A stretch of DNA of 38,818 nucleotides from Octopus bimaculoides (Eukaryota), in the NCBI RefSeq assembly GCF_001194135.2, contig NC_068990.1:91305887-91344704 (forward strand), read 5' to 3'. Position numbers and translations under genes: made by a program. The first letter of the stretch is position 1. Every line of letters begins with the position of its first letter. The notes under the pieces are model-generated. The model was not told where the DNA came from. It searched no databases and saw nothing but the letters and a program-made list of their open reading frames with translations. Below are positions 12,228 to 22,720 of the stretch, in pieces.

Positions 12228-13068
12228 AACAACAAACAAGATGAGGACAAATATCCGTCAAACGGAGCAGCGGTAGGGTCAAACATAGACACAAGTACAC
12301 ACACACACCAAATCCGTCTACAATATCCACTCATAAGGCTTTGGTCACCCGGAGGCTTTAGTAGAAACGACTTTGCCAAGGTGCCATGTAGTGGAATGGA
12401 AACCAGAACCATGTGGTTGGGAAAGAAATCCCTTACCACACAGCCACACCTGTGCCTATAAAATAAAAAGAAGTTTTAGTTTTCAATGGCAGCAGTTATC
12501 CAAAATTCTGAATTTTGGTTGTCCAAACAGTTGCAGATGAACAAAGAGGAACAGGGGTGGAGAGTGGAGCAGGTGGGGGTGGGGAAGAGTCCAGCTAATC
12601 TGTTGACGGAGGCAAGCATAACCCAACATGAATTGTGGTGAGAGGTTGTCGAATAATGCAGGTATGGACTCGTTAGAGGAGGTGAGTGATGAAGATGGGG
12701 TGAGGTGCGGATGAAGAGGATAATTAGAGCAATGAAATGTTAGAAAACCAGAGAAGGATGGGTGGTGGTGGTGGTGGAGGTGGTGAATGTAATCATAGCA
12801 GATTGATTTCATTAAATAATGATGATGATAATGAATACAGTTATGTGTGTGTGTGTGTACACACACACACATAGTCATACACAGTCACATACACAACCAT
12901 TTACACACATGTACAATCATGCACACACACACTCACGCACACACATAAACCTAACTCATTAATTATCCACAAAATTAGTTGCCTATGCATCACTAAACTT
13001 GATCTCCTTCTCATCATTACGATACAGGCTTCAACTTGAAAATTTAATTGTTGTTGTTGTTGTTATTA

Positions 13069-13108
<40 letters not shown>

Positions 13109-13140
13109 ATGAACCACAGCAGCTCCACTTTGTTTTCTAC

Positions 13141-13295
13141 CAAACAAAAGAGAATTATTCAGAGATTCATTCTCAGCAAGCTGAAGATATATAAGGAACC
13201 GAATTCCATCAAAGGATTCCCAAGTACAGTCAGGGGACTGTCTTTGGCCCCTATGGATTGTCTGGAAACGGATTGAGACATCCAAAAATTGGTGT
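13141..13295 (-). CDS. Candidate gene B exon (HQFLDVSIRFQTIHRGQRQSPDCTWESFDGIRFLIYLQLAENESLNNSLLF)
   Basis: Acceptor ttctttcttaatacaAG, donor GTAGAA, phase 2 to 1. Non-repetitive island with two open minus frames. Confidence 0.3.
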
Positions 13296-14059
13296 CTTGT
13301 ATTAAGAAAGAACTAGACATCAGACTATATCGTGTGTTAGTGATAACATTAAACAAGTCTGTGATATGATTATGTTGAACAAATGAGTGTCTTTTGAGGA
13401 AACGGTAAAAGATATCTAGATTAGCCATCATGGTTCTGCCTTTGAGATCATTCTCAACAGACTTATCAAGACAACTCACAGAATTGCACAAAAATCTTGT
13501 CCTAGACCTGGACTGCCATGTTATGTTGGCAAACAATCTTTACTAAAAAGAATTTTTGTTGTCCAAAGCAACACACGCACACACAAATCCTTTACTAAAC
13601 CCTCCCACTTCACATTTTAGATGAGCTTAACATCAAGACAAAACCCTTTCCTGCCTAATGAATAAAATATCTATTTCTGAATTGAATAGATTGCCTGGTT
13701 GCTGTGCAGTATTGAACCTTCTAGTTTTAGTAATAAATTTTTAAACATATTTGAAGTTCACTGTTTCTTTTTAGTGAACTAATAAACCATAATAACTATT
13801 ATACACACACATATATTTGTGAAGGTGAGTGTGTGTATATATGGATGTTTATTTGTCTATATATGTATGTATGTATGTATGTGTGTGTGTGTGTGTGTCT
13901 GTGTGTCTGTACATACATATGTATGTATGATGGTTTGGTAATAAAAGCTGGAAAATAGGACCCCAAGCATGAGTGTATGTATTTTACATTCTATCAGCAA
14001 TAGTTACAAAGTGACTCAAAGACTTACAGTTACATGTCATTGCATGAAATTCTTCACCC

Positions 14060-14284
14060 TACCCTTTTTTTACCGTATTTCTGTTGAGATGTTCTGTGTT
14101 TCGCTCAATTACTTTTAAATATAACAAAGAATTTAGTAAAATAACTTAGTTATCATTAAGCTGGTGTTAGGAACATAAATTGTGACTAAGGTTTGGTGGA
14201 AGAATTAAATTCAAAACTTATGAAAATGGTATTGGTACTCAGAGCCAGAACCAGTTTCAGCCAGGTTGGTAATGAAAGGGTTAA
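14060..14284 (+). mobile_element. piggyBac-type MITE, family 2
   Basis: Homologous to 17476-17704; right end AAAGGGTTAA intact, left end decayed. Confidence 0.75.
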
Positions 14285-15023
14285 GTCAATTTCTAATTCC
14301 TGCTGATTAAATGTGTGTGTGTATGTGTGTATAATATATACATAATGTATGTATGTGTGTGCATATATATGTACAGAAAGAGAGTGGAGAGAGGGAACAC
14401 TAGATAAACAACAAACAGCACAATATGCGGTGCTTTGATTAAATTGTACTTTTGCAAACCAATTCTCCGTTTGCTTATCTTTCACTCTGTGAAACATTGT
14501 CTAAACGGATGCAGGGGAAGATTCGGAGAGCGGGGGGAAGAGAAGTTGAATATCAATGGAGCTGATAAGAAAATTTAAGACAAGGAACAATCCAGAAGAT
14601 ACTGGGGAGGTCAGTTAGTGGTACAATGCCATTACACACACACACACATCCCATCCAACCCTACCCTGTTCTATCTCCCACCCCCACCCCACTACCCACC
14701 CACCAGTGATTAAGGTCTTTGTTCAAATGCTACCTATTTTGGGAGAGTTCTTGTCAGCAGATGGGGGTGATGTTTATTTTGGGATGAGGTAATTGTATGA
14801 CAGAAGAAAAGGGTCAGCATCATGTTTGATAAGATGTGGATGGGAGGGACATGTTGTCCAGTATGTCAAGAAGACCAGGGACTGTTTTAGTAGTGGTAGA
14901 CAGGACAGAGAGAGGGCACGCAGCTTAATTAGTACTGGGGTCAATCTCTTTGACTTAAAAATCTTCAAGTCAGTGCCCCAGCATGGCCACAGTCTGATCA
15001 CTGAAACAAGTAAAAGATAGAAG

Positions 15024-15054
<31 letters not shown>

Positions 15055-15951
15055 ATGGCTTCCTTGCTTCGACATCACATGATAGTTGTAAACGAATATC
15101 CCTGTCATGCATGAGGTGTCCTTCATTTGCAATCTTTGGAAATGTATCTGGTCATGGCGAAATCTTACCTGACTTGGAAATAGGTGAGGGTTGGTGACAG
15201 GAAGTGTCTTATCATAGAAAGTCCACATCAACAGATTTCGTCTGAGCCATCCAAGTGTAGAAAAGTGAACATTATACAATGATGATGATGATGTTAAGCC
15301 ACAGGTCAGCCCTGGTCAACCAGCATGTTGTGTCCTTTCTCTGTCTTCTTTGTTGCTGCTATAATGGCCTCTGTTCTTCAGATTGAAGTTCTTTTCTGAT
15401 TTGACCATCACGTCTGTTTTCTTCTTGTGTGCTCTGTTCTTTCTCTGCCTTTTCTCCCACCTCTGTAATGGCCTCTGCTCCTTGGAACTCGTTGATCGTG
15501 TACCTTCACCACTCAGGTGCTCATTTGGTCCCACAGTAACCATTACACTTAGTCCTTTCTCCCTACAATATTATCCCTCTGGAATCCTTCTCCTTGCTCA
15601 TAACTTTCTTGCAGGTAACGGCATCAAGCTCACCTGATGGAGAGGATCTGTAAAGGCCATGGGCTCTGCCTCTTCCTTCAGACTCAACCATTAAAAGAAC
15701 AATGGGAACTCAGACTATACTATCCAGCCTGACCCTTTTTAAAGATGATAGTGGAGTGGGATTTGAGGGGGATTTAGCTGCTGCTTCTAGTATGTTAAGT
15801 AACCAAATAGAGCTTTCCATTTATGTGATTGTTGTTCTTTTGACCCATAGGCAGGGAGGAAGGGAGCTGAATGTGGCTGCTTGACATGCTAAACATAGCA
15901 ACTAAATCTCCATCAAATCACAGCCTTCCAGCTTCAAAAAACAGAACTTAC

Positions 15952-15996
15952 CAAACACTGTATTTGGAGAATTTGTAGCAGATTCCAGAGATTCTC
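15952..15996 (-). CDS. Candidate 45-nt exon (ESLESATNSPNTVF or ENLWNLLQILQIQCL)
   Basis: Near-consensus acceptor tatgttattgtttgcAG and donor GTAAGT; frame and gene assignment unresolved. Confidence 0.4.
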
Positions 15997-16236
15997 CTGC
16001 AAACAATAACATACACATTGGAATACACCTGCATTTACATACATAAACAACGTGTGTGTTTGCATATTAAAGTGACATGCACAGTCACTATGCATGCACA
16101 TGTCTGCACACTTCAAAGAATTCACACAACCACAAATCCCAAGAATTGTCTTCTCTTCAACAAAAGAACTTTACATTTTTTCACAAGTGGCAAAAGCTTA
16201 ATTCTGCCAAGATGAAAACTTACATAAATCCTAAAG

Positions 16237-16289
<53 letters not shown>

Positions 16290-16338
16290 NNNNNNNNNNN
16301 NNNNNNNNNNNNNNNNNNNNNNNNNNNNNNNNNNNNNN

Positions 16339-16380
<42 letters not shown>

Positions 16381-16587
16381 CTCTCCCCTCTCTCTCTCTC
16401 TCTCTCACACACAGTGGAACATTTGTCTGGAGTGTAGTCTTAGAAGATTAAAGACTTAGTATTCCAAAAAGAATTTAAATGGCATGAATTAATTTCTAAT
16501 TAACTGCTAATTAACTGCATTTCTCTCTCAAATTAGTGTTTATAATGTTTATCCCAATTTAAATTGTCCATTGTCCATTGAAGCTGA

Positions 16588-16656
16588 TCATGTGATCTTG
16601 CTGGCTGGGGACATCCACCCAAATAATCTCTTCACAGCCAAACCATGTTCTATCTT
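16588..16656 (-). CDS. Gene A terminal coding exon (KIEHGLAVKRLFGWMSPASKIT*)
   Basis: Acceptor ttttgtgtataaaaccacAG, phase 0 matching the upstream exon at 17762-17802; open to TGA at 16588-16590. Confidence 0.75.
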   Translation of the reverse strand, partial: KIEHGLAVKRLFGWMSPASKIT

Positions 16657-17475
16657 CTGTGGTTTTATACACAAAACAGATTATTTCATTCAGCATTTGC
16701 GGCAAATAAGTGACGAACGTCAGTCAAACAGCAATGCTTTATGTACAGAAAAGACTTTTCTTTATCATCACCACCGTCATCATCATCGTCGTCGTCATCA
16801 TCATCATGGCCATCATCATCATCATCATCATGATGCCTGACTGGCTCCTGTGCCAGTGGCATGAAAAAAAAGCACCATTTAAGCATGGTCGATACCAGGG
16901 CCACCTGATTGGCTCCTGTGCCGATGGCACCTAAAAAGCACCCACCACACTCTCAGAGTGGTTGGCGTTAGGAAGGGCATCCAGCTGTTGAAACTTTGCC
17001 AGATCAGATCGGAGCGTGGTGCAGCCTCCTGGCTTGCCAGCCCTCAGTCAAACCATCCAACCCATGCCAGCATGGAAAGCAATGATGATGATCATCATCA
17101 TCATCATTGTTATTTCAGCATCCACTTTTCCATGCTTGCATGAGTCAGATGGAATTTGTTAAGGCAGATTTTCTATGACCAGATACCCATCTTGTTGCCA
17201 ACCCTCTCCAGTTTCCTAGCAAGGTAATATTTCCCCATGACCAGGCATGTTTTACGCAGGAAATTGGAAATAAATACAATGCTTGAATGACAACTGTCTG
17301 CACTGTCAGTACACGGATACAAGGCTTTGGTTGACCGAGGGCTACAGCAGAAGACACTTGTCCAAGGTGCCACACAGAATGACTGAACCCAGAATCTGGT
17401 GGTTGGAAAGCAAACTACTTCCCACACAGCCACTCCTGTACCTATATGCATAAAACTGGAAGAGGAAGCTGTCTG

Positions 17476-17704
17476 TTAACCCCTTCGTTACCATATTTAT
17501 TTTGAGATGCTTTGTGTTTCTTTCAATTACTTTTAAATATAACAAAGAATTTAGTAAAATAACTTAGTTATCATTCAGCTAGTTTTAGGAACATAAATTG
17601 TAACTAAGGTTTGGTGGAAGATTTTAAAGCAAAACTTATGAAAACAAGACATTTGTACTCAGAGCCAGAGCTGGTTTCAGCTGGGTTGATAACAAAAGGG
17701 TTAA
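17476..17704 (+). mobile_element. piggyBac-type MITE, family 2
   Basis: TTAACCCCTTCGTTACC...GATAACAAAAGGGTTAA; internal sequence shared with copies at 14060 and 35193. Confidence 0.8.
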
Positions 17705-17761
17705 TCCAAGAATTTATGAATTTTAGATGTTTGTGTGTATTTTAGCTAAATCTGACAATAC

Positions 17762-17802
17762 CACTATATCAATACTTCTAAATCCCTTGGTCAGTTCTGA
17801 GA
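17762..17802 (-). CDS. Gene A exon ((V)SELTKGFRSIDIV), 41 nt, phase 1 to 0
   Basis: Strong acceptor gattgtttttgtttcatgtttttcacAG, donor GTATTG; in frame with both neighbours. Confidence 0.8.
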
Positions 17803-17952
17803 CTGTGAAAAACATGAAACAAAAACAATCGTAGTAAATTTTACTTTGAAATTGTGAAACTTCGTTTGAAAATCTTAATCTCCTTGGATTATAACAGACT
17901 TTCTGAACTATGTATTTATGCTTTTTTTAAGGCACTTGAGTTATTTTTGTAC

Positions 17953-18047
17953 CCCTTTCGTCTACTGATTGTAGTTCCTGTTTAGTATCTAATCTTCCAA
18001 AGATCTTCTGTGGCTTAAACAGGCACCTTTTATCACATGCTAATTTT
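17953..18047 (-). CDS. Gene A exon (KLACDKRCLFKPQKIFGRLDTKQELQSVDER), 95 nt, phase 2 to 1
   Basis: AG/GT boundaries (acceptor weak, donor GTACAA); phases match both neighbours; lies within supplied ORF 17927..18109. Confidence 0.75.
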
Positions 18048-18215
18048 CTATACGTTTTTGTGCATGTACGCACAAAAGAACATGCACACACACACACACA
18101 CACACACACTTAAATATGTATATATTTCTATATATAATATAAACGGATGTTTATATGTTAACCACACACAACATATATGTATACATGTGTATTTACCATA
18201 CCTTTCATCAACGCT

Positions 18216-18247
<32 letters not shown>

Positions 18248-18458
18248 TGTATATACATACACACATGCACACACAGGAGTTAGGGGGAAGAGTAGGGGTT
18301 TGAAGAACTTCCTGCCTGAAGACTACTCTTTGTCTTTTAATTTAGAAACAACAGACAGCAGGTGGCATTGTTTGTGACCCTTCTTTAATCTCCCTTAATA
18401 TCTCCCCTAGAAAGAAGGAACACTGCTGTCTACCCTCCTTCGACAATAGCCTCCTTAC

Positions 18459-18508
18459 TTGGTCAGCTTTTTAAACAATGTCAGCATTGTTATTTCTTGT
18501 TGTTTTAA
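18459..18508 (-). CDS. Gene A exon (LKQQEITMLTLFKKLT), 50 nt, phase 0 to 2
   Basis: Acceptor gattttAG, donor GTAAGG; bridges the phase-0 and phase-2 neighbours. Confidence 0.75.
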
Positions 18509-18889
18509 CTAAAATCTTAAGTGATTCTGTTGTAATTTGGTGGAAGCCAGCTGTGTTGAGGCCAGCCGGCTTTTGTTGATTCTTCTGTCTTCACCACACC
18601 AACACCACTGGCACTACTGCAACACCAACACCATCACATGTAACACCACTACCATCGCTACCACCATCACCATACAACTACCACATCACCACTATCACTA
18701 AATTGCTACTATTACACCACCACCACCACTGCCGCCGCCTTGCTTTACACTCCACCACCCCACACACACCATCTTTCACTACACACCACCATCATCGGCA
18801 CCATCAGACAGAGCCAACAAAAGAGTCTCTTTGCAGTTACTTGACCTGCTAAAAATAGCAACCCAATCTCCCTCCAAATCACACCTTAC

Positions 18890-18985
18890 CATCTTAAAAA
18901 CAGGAAGGGTATGTCTGATGATGTAATCCTGGATACCCTTATAAAGACTGGAATGCTTTTGGTCAGAGATCTGCTCAGCCAGGAG
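18890..18985 (-). CDS. Gene A exon (LLAEQISDQKHSSLYKGIQDYIIRHTLPVFKM), 96 nt, phase 0 to 0
   Basis: Acceptor ttgttgttgttgattAG, donor ATG/GTAAGG; open frame with protein-like composition. Confidence 0.8.
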
Positions 18986-19099
18986 CTAATCAACAACAAC
19001 AACATCCACCCCACACCACTATCACCAATGGTTATATTCCCTCTCAAAACATCATTTCTGTTATCATTTGGTAATAATATAGATGAGCCCTGGCTGGCT

Positions 19100-19351
19100 C
19101 CCGTAAAAAGCACTATCCAAACTCGATCGATGCCAGGCCCACCTGACTGGTGCCTGTGCTGGTGGCATGTAAAAATCACCCACTACACTCTCGGAGTGGT
19201 TGGCGTTAGGAAGGGCATCCAGTTGTAGAAACTCTGCCAGATCAGATTGGAGCCTGGTGCAGCCATCTGGTTCGCCAGTCCTCTGTCAAATCGTCCAACC
19301 CATGCCAGCATGGAAAACGAACGTTAAACGATGATGATGATGATGATGATG
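19100..19351 (+). mobile_element. (GAT)n-tailed retroposon, family 1
   Basis: GGTTGGCGTTAGGAAGGGCATCCAG...CATGGAAAACGAACGTTAAACGATGATG; many copies (about 6215-6372, 7520-7720, 8525-8692, 16860-17095, 31229-31382, 32670-32900, 37160-37270, 37850-38063). Confidence 0.8.
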
Positions 19352-19648
19352 AGGGGAAAATACCTCAGGGGAATATTCTTATATACTAAATACTCAAACT
19401 GTAGGATCCCTCGTTCGGCAAAAGAAACCGATAGAATAAGTACTAGGCTTACAAAGAGTAAGTCCTCGGGTCGATTTGCTCGACTAAAGGCGGTGCTCCA
19501 GCATGGCTGCAGTCAAATGACTGAAACAAGTAAAAGAGTATATATACATATATACACATACATACATACACACATACATATATATATATATACATCTTTA
19601 CACATATATACACATAAGCAGCACTATACGTGCAAGGAAACTGCTCAC

Positions 19649-19756
19649 TTGTGAAACTATGAATATTTTCCAGCTGCTCCTTTTTTTTTTCTCTACCAAT
19701 TGAACTCCTGTGACAGAAGTGGCAATCAGCTGCCGACCATCTCCAGCTGATGGCAC
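19649..19756 (-). CDS. Gene A exon (VPSAGDGRQLIATSVTGVQLVEKKKRSSWKIFIVSQ), 108 nt, phase 0 to 0
   Basis: Acceptor gtgtcttccAG, donor GTGAGC; in frame with neighbours. Confidence 0.75.
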
Positions 19757-19841
19757 CTGGAAGACACTTCACCAGTTGAAATAGCACAGCATATCTCTTT
19801 GATCAAGGTCACAGTTTTCATTCAGAGCTAAGAGATATTTA

Positions 19842-19894
<53 letters not shown>

Positions 19895-20200
19895 CAGTAT
19901 GGAAGGTGGCCATCTGAAGATGATTGAAGATCATGATGATATATTCTCACACACAGACACACACACACACACACACACACAACACAACACACACAATATA
20001 AACATGATGGCTGTGTTTGCTTCCCAACCACATGTTTCGCCACTTTGTGCAAGTGTCTTCTGCTTTATCGCTGGGCCAAGCAAAGCCTTGCAAGTGGATC
20101 TGATTCAAAGAAACAGAAACAAGTTCACTGACTGCTGCATACACACATACAAATATACATATATATATATACATAAATATACATAAATACATATATATGC

Positions 20201-20281
<81 letters not shown>

Positions 20282-20284
<3 letters not shown>

Positions 20285-20663
20285 ATTTGCTACAGTCATT
20301 TGACTGCAGCCATGCTGGAGCTCCGCCTTTACTTGAGCAAATTGACCCCATGACTTATCCTTTGTAAGCCTTTATACTTATTCTATCGGTCACTTTTGCT
20401 GAACCACTAAGTTATGTGGACATGAACACACCAACATCGGTTGTCAAGCGATGGTGAGGAGGACAAACACAGACACACAAACACACACACACATATCTAT
20501 ATACGACGGGCTTCTTTCAGTTTCCGTCTGCCAAATCCACTCACAAGGCTTTGGTCAGCCCAAGGTTATAATAGAAGACACTTGCCCAAGGTGCCATGCA
20601 GTGGGACTGAACCCAGAACTATGTGGTTGGTAAGCAAGCTACTTACCACACAGCCACTCCTGC
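20282..20663 (-). mobile_element. tRNA-derived SINE, family 2 (head, core, microsatellite, tail)
   Basis: Head GGAGTGGCTGTGTGGTAAG...GGTTCAGTCCC, core CCTTGGGCAAGTGTCTTC; other copies near 24066-24393, 12300-12458, 17320-17440, 11030-11215, 19405-19540. Confidence 0.8.
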
Positions 20664-20749
20664 ACATATATAAAGTTGAATTTAACATACAATAGCATCT
20701 TATAAAGCTAGATTTATATATCCTAAATTTGCAGAAGAATTTGTCATTG

Positions 20750-20823
20750 GGCCAGTTTAACTTAATGGTAAAGCACTGGACATGTAGTCACAGGGATATG
20801 AGTTCAAGTCTCATAGCTGGCCA
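20750..20823 (+). pseudogene. tRNA-Thr(TGT)-like pseudogene
   Basis: Acceptor stem GGCCAGT/GCTGGCC, T-arm ATGAG-TTCAAGT-CTCAT, TGT in the anticodon position; D stem and anticodon arm imperfect. Confidence 0.6.
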
Positions 20824-20950
20824 CCGACAGATTTTTATGCAAAATATGGATGTATATATTTATACATACACACAGAGATACATATACATATATATATATG
20901 TGTGTGTGTGTGTGTTTAAGTGAGGGAATTCATATTTCTTTTGTTTTCAC

Positions 20951-21072
20951 CTGTGCTTGCAGACTAGAAACAAACTGCTCATTCACACAGTGTTGTTTGT
21001 TTCCATTTCTCCACATAACCATGTTTGGATAGAATGGGGGAGATTACTACTTCGTTTGGAAATTGATGGAGT
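20951..21072 (-). CDS. Gene A exon ((D)SINFPNEVVISPFYPNMVMWRNGNKQHCVNEQFVSSLQAQ), 122 nt, phase 1 to 0
   Basis: Acceptor cccttcctatcacttAG, donor CAG/GTGAAA; open frame. Confidence 0.8.
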
Positions 21073-21230
21073 CTAAGTGATAGGAAGGGTATCCTGCCAT
21101 GGAAAGCCCTGCCCCAACACACTCTCGCCTGATCCGTGGAAACGTGGAAAAGCAGGCATTAAAATGATGATGATGATGATGATAGGAGGAGGAGGAGGAG
21201 GATAAAGGTGGTATTGATGCTTCTGTCTAC

Positions 21231-21294
21231 CAAACTCTTTCAGAAGATATATACGTGTGTCTGTGTGTCTGCAGATGTGTGGATTTGTGTTCTT
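21231..21294 (-). CDS. Gene A exon (KNTNPHICRHTDTRIYLLKEF), 64 nt, phase 0 to 1
   Basis: Acceptor attattatctcccAG, donor GTAGAC; phase 1 joins the exon at 20951-21072. Confidence 0.7.
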
Positions 21295-21377
21295 CTGGGA
21301 GATAATAATCATTATCTATAAATAATTCCTGTGAAAATGTGTTGAAATGTTGAAATCTTCTTCAAAGAACTGTTTAC

Positions 21378-21450
21378 CATCATGATGGTGCTTCCTCTAC
21401 ATCTGTTTTCCTGTGTGATATTAAAGTTCACAATATAAAGCTGCTCAGAA
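21378..21450 (-). CDS. Gene A exon (SEQLYIVNFNITQENRCRGSTIMM), 73 nt, phase 2 to 0
   Basis: Donor ATG/GTAAAC followed by an 83-nt intron; acceptor gtgtcAG chosen for phase 2 (an alternative phase-0 acceptor gives an exon starting at 21410). Confidence 0.6.
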
Positions 21451-21881
21451 CTGACACTTTGCGTGTGTGTGTGTGTGCTTCAAAATTGAAGCACTGACAT
21501 GTTAGTAATTTTTTTCTCCCTCAAAATACAAGTAAATCTTTTTTGTAGTTTATAAAGTTTTGTCACCTGTTAATAATTGCATTTAACAGAACTGTATGCT
21601 TGTGTTGGCATGTGTGTGTGTGTGAGTATGCATGGGTGCATTTGTGTGTGTGTATGCATGGGTGCATTTGTGTGTGTGTATGCAAGCATCCTTTTAGGGT
21701 CAATAAAATAAGGATCAGTTAAGACACAAAGCCATGAGAGCCACTGCCTGGTACTGCATCAGGGCATTATTATTATTATTATTATTGTTATCATTGTCAT
21801 CGTTGTTGTTATTAATTATTGTTTTGTGTGTAAAGAACCTTTGATTAAATGATTGCATTTTTATTTCTGATGTTGTTGCAG

Positions 21882-21992
21882 TATGCGGTGCCATTATACT
21901 GGTCGGTGTTGTGATCCTAGGAAAATTGTTTATATCTCGGGATCTGAGGCGGCCTCCACAACCCACACATGCCTGTTTTCAAACTTGTTCTG
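21882..21992 (+). CDS. Gene P transmembrane exon (CGAIILVGVVILGKLFISRDLRRPPQPTHACFQTCS), phase 1 to 1
   Basis: Acceptor ttttatttctgatgttgttgcAG, donor GTATGA, 111 nt; hydrophobic stretch followed by basic residues. Confidence 0.8.
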
Positions 21993-22075
21993 GTATGAAT
22001 CTAATGAATTTTCTTTCTTTCTTTCATTCAATAATTGTTTTCTCTCGTTTATTCTTTCTTTATTTTTATTCTTAC

Positions 22076-22174
22076 TCAAGCAATTTTGCTTGAGTTGAAG
22101 GGGACATGTTCATCGCTTTTCTCACACCTTCCCAAGCTACGGAGATAAGTGATGGCCATATCAGACTTATTGCG
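22076..22174 (-). CDS. Probable gene A exon (AISLIWPSLISVAWEGVRKAMNMSPSTQAKLL), 99 nt, phase 2 to 2, inside a gene P intron
   Basis: Long pyrimidine tract ccctttctctgcttttgcattctcaactggcaccaaccttcAG, strong donor GTAAGA; phase 2 joins 21450. Confidence 0.65.
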   Translation of the reverse strand, partial: RNKSDMAITYLRSLGRCEKSDEHVPFNSSKIA

Positions 22175-22377
22175 CTGAAGGTTGGTGCCAGTTGAGAATG
22201 CAAAAGCAGAGAAAGGGCAAACCTTAAGTGGAAGGGGGTACTGGGGTGGAAAGAAGTACTGGGGTGGAAAGATAAAGAGGAAGGCTGAACCATTTTTCTT
22301 ATATTGCCCTTGTTGTAACTTAAGGGTATGTCCTGATACCTCTGCACCATCTTCTCTTCTTTTTCCAACTTGGTTAG

Positions 22378-22521
22378 CCATGTACCACCTCTGCTGCAAG
22401 ACACCTGTTTTTATCCCTCTGGCATTACATGGCATTACCTGGCATAAAGCCACCTCGCTCAATGCTGCTCCCCACCCCTCAGATTTAGAGCTGGATAGGT
22501 TTCGAGATGCAAACCAGCCTG
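22378..22521 (+). CDS. Gene P exon ((A)MYHLCCKTPVFIPLALHGITWHKATSLNAAPHPSDLELDRFRDANQP), phase 1 to 1
   Basis: Acceptor tcttctcttctttttccaacttggttAG, donor GTAAAG, 144 nt; in frame with both neighbours. Confidence 0.8.
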
Positions 22522-22661
22522 GTAAAGGAGGATGAGAAATTTTAGAATTTTCAGTGCTTTTGTATACAATAAAATTTAATTGTATATGTAATAATCATTT
22601 ATCAAAATTTAATTGTATTAGTATGTAATCTCAAAATAAATGTTATTCATTTACTGTCCAC

Positions 22662-22720
22662 CTACCTTTGGGTTCACCCTGTATATACTCTGCTTTATGT
22701 ATTGAGTTTCCTTTCATCCC
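22662..22720 (-). CDS. Candidate gene A exon (GMKGNSIHKAEYIQGEPKG), inside the last intron of gene P
   Basis: Acceptor atgtttgattttatAG, phase 0. Donor ambiguous: GTGGAC gives the required phase 2, the stronger GTAGGT gives phase 1. Confidence 0.45.

Larger units (their letters stand above)
11809..12262. mobile_element. Foldback insertion of a tRNA-headed, hammerhead-bearing SINE-like element (Penelope-like architecture)
   Basis: Arms 11851-12034 and 12061-12262 are inverted copies around a 26-nt spacer containing a B-box (GAGTTCGATTCC); each arm has a hammerhead motif and an (AAT)n tract. Confidence 0.8.

Noticed and set aside
12629-12661. Possible first exon of gene P (MNCGERLSNNA, phase-1 donor GTATGG); similar candidates end near 5581 and 15614
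   Set aside because: Several phase-1 donors fit equally well; cannot be chosen without transcript data.
13201-13300. Plus-strand IPKYSQGTVFGPY resembling a PR/SET-domain motif
   Set aside because: Bounded by stops, no splice support, no other PR/SET residues.
15300-15640. Possible LINE 3' relic or exon (ORFs 15316-15543 and 15383-15637)
   Set aside because: Only vague RTE-like resemblance and no diagnostic motif; left unassigned.
22182-22377. 5' part of the 117-aa ORF with GYWGGKKYWGGK repeat
   Set aside because: Lies upstream of the 22378 acceptor; it is an 18-bp tandem duplication and the antisense of the gene A pyrimidine tract.
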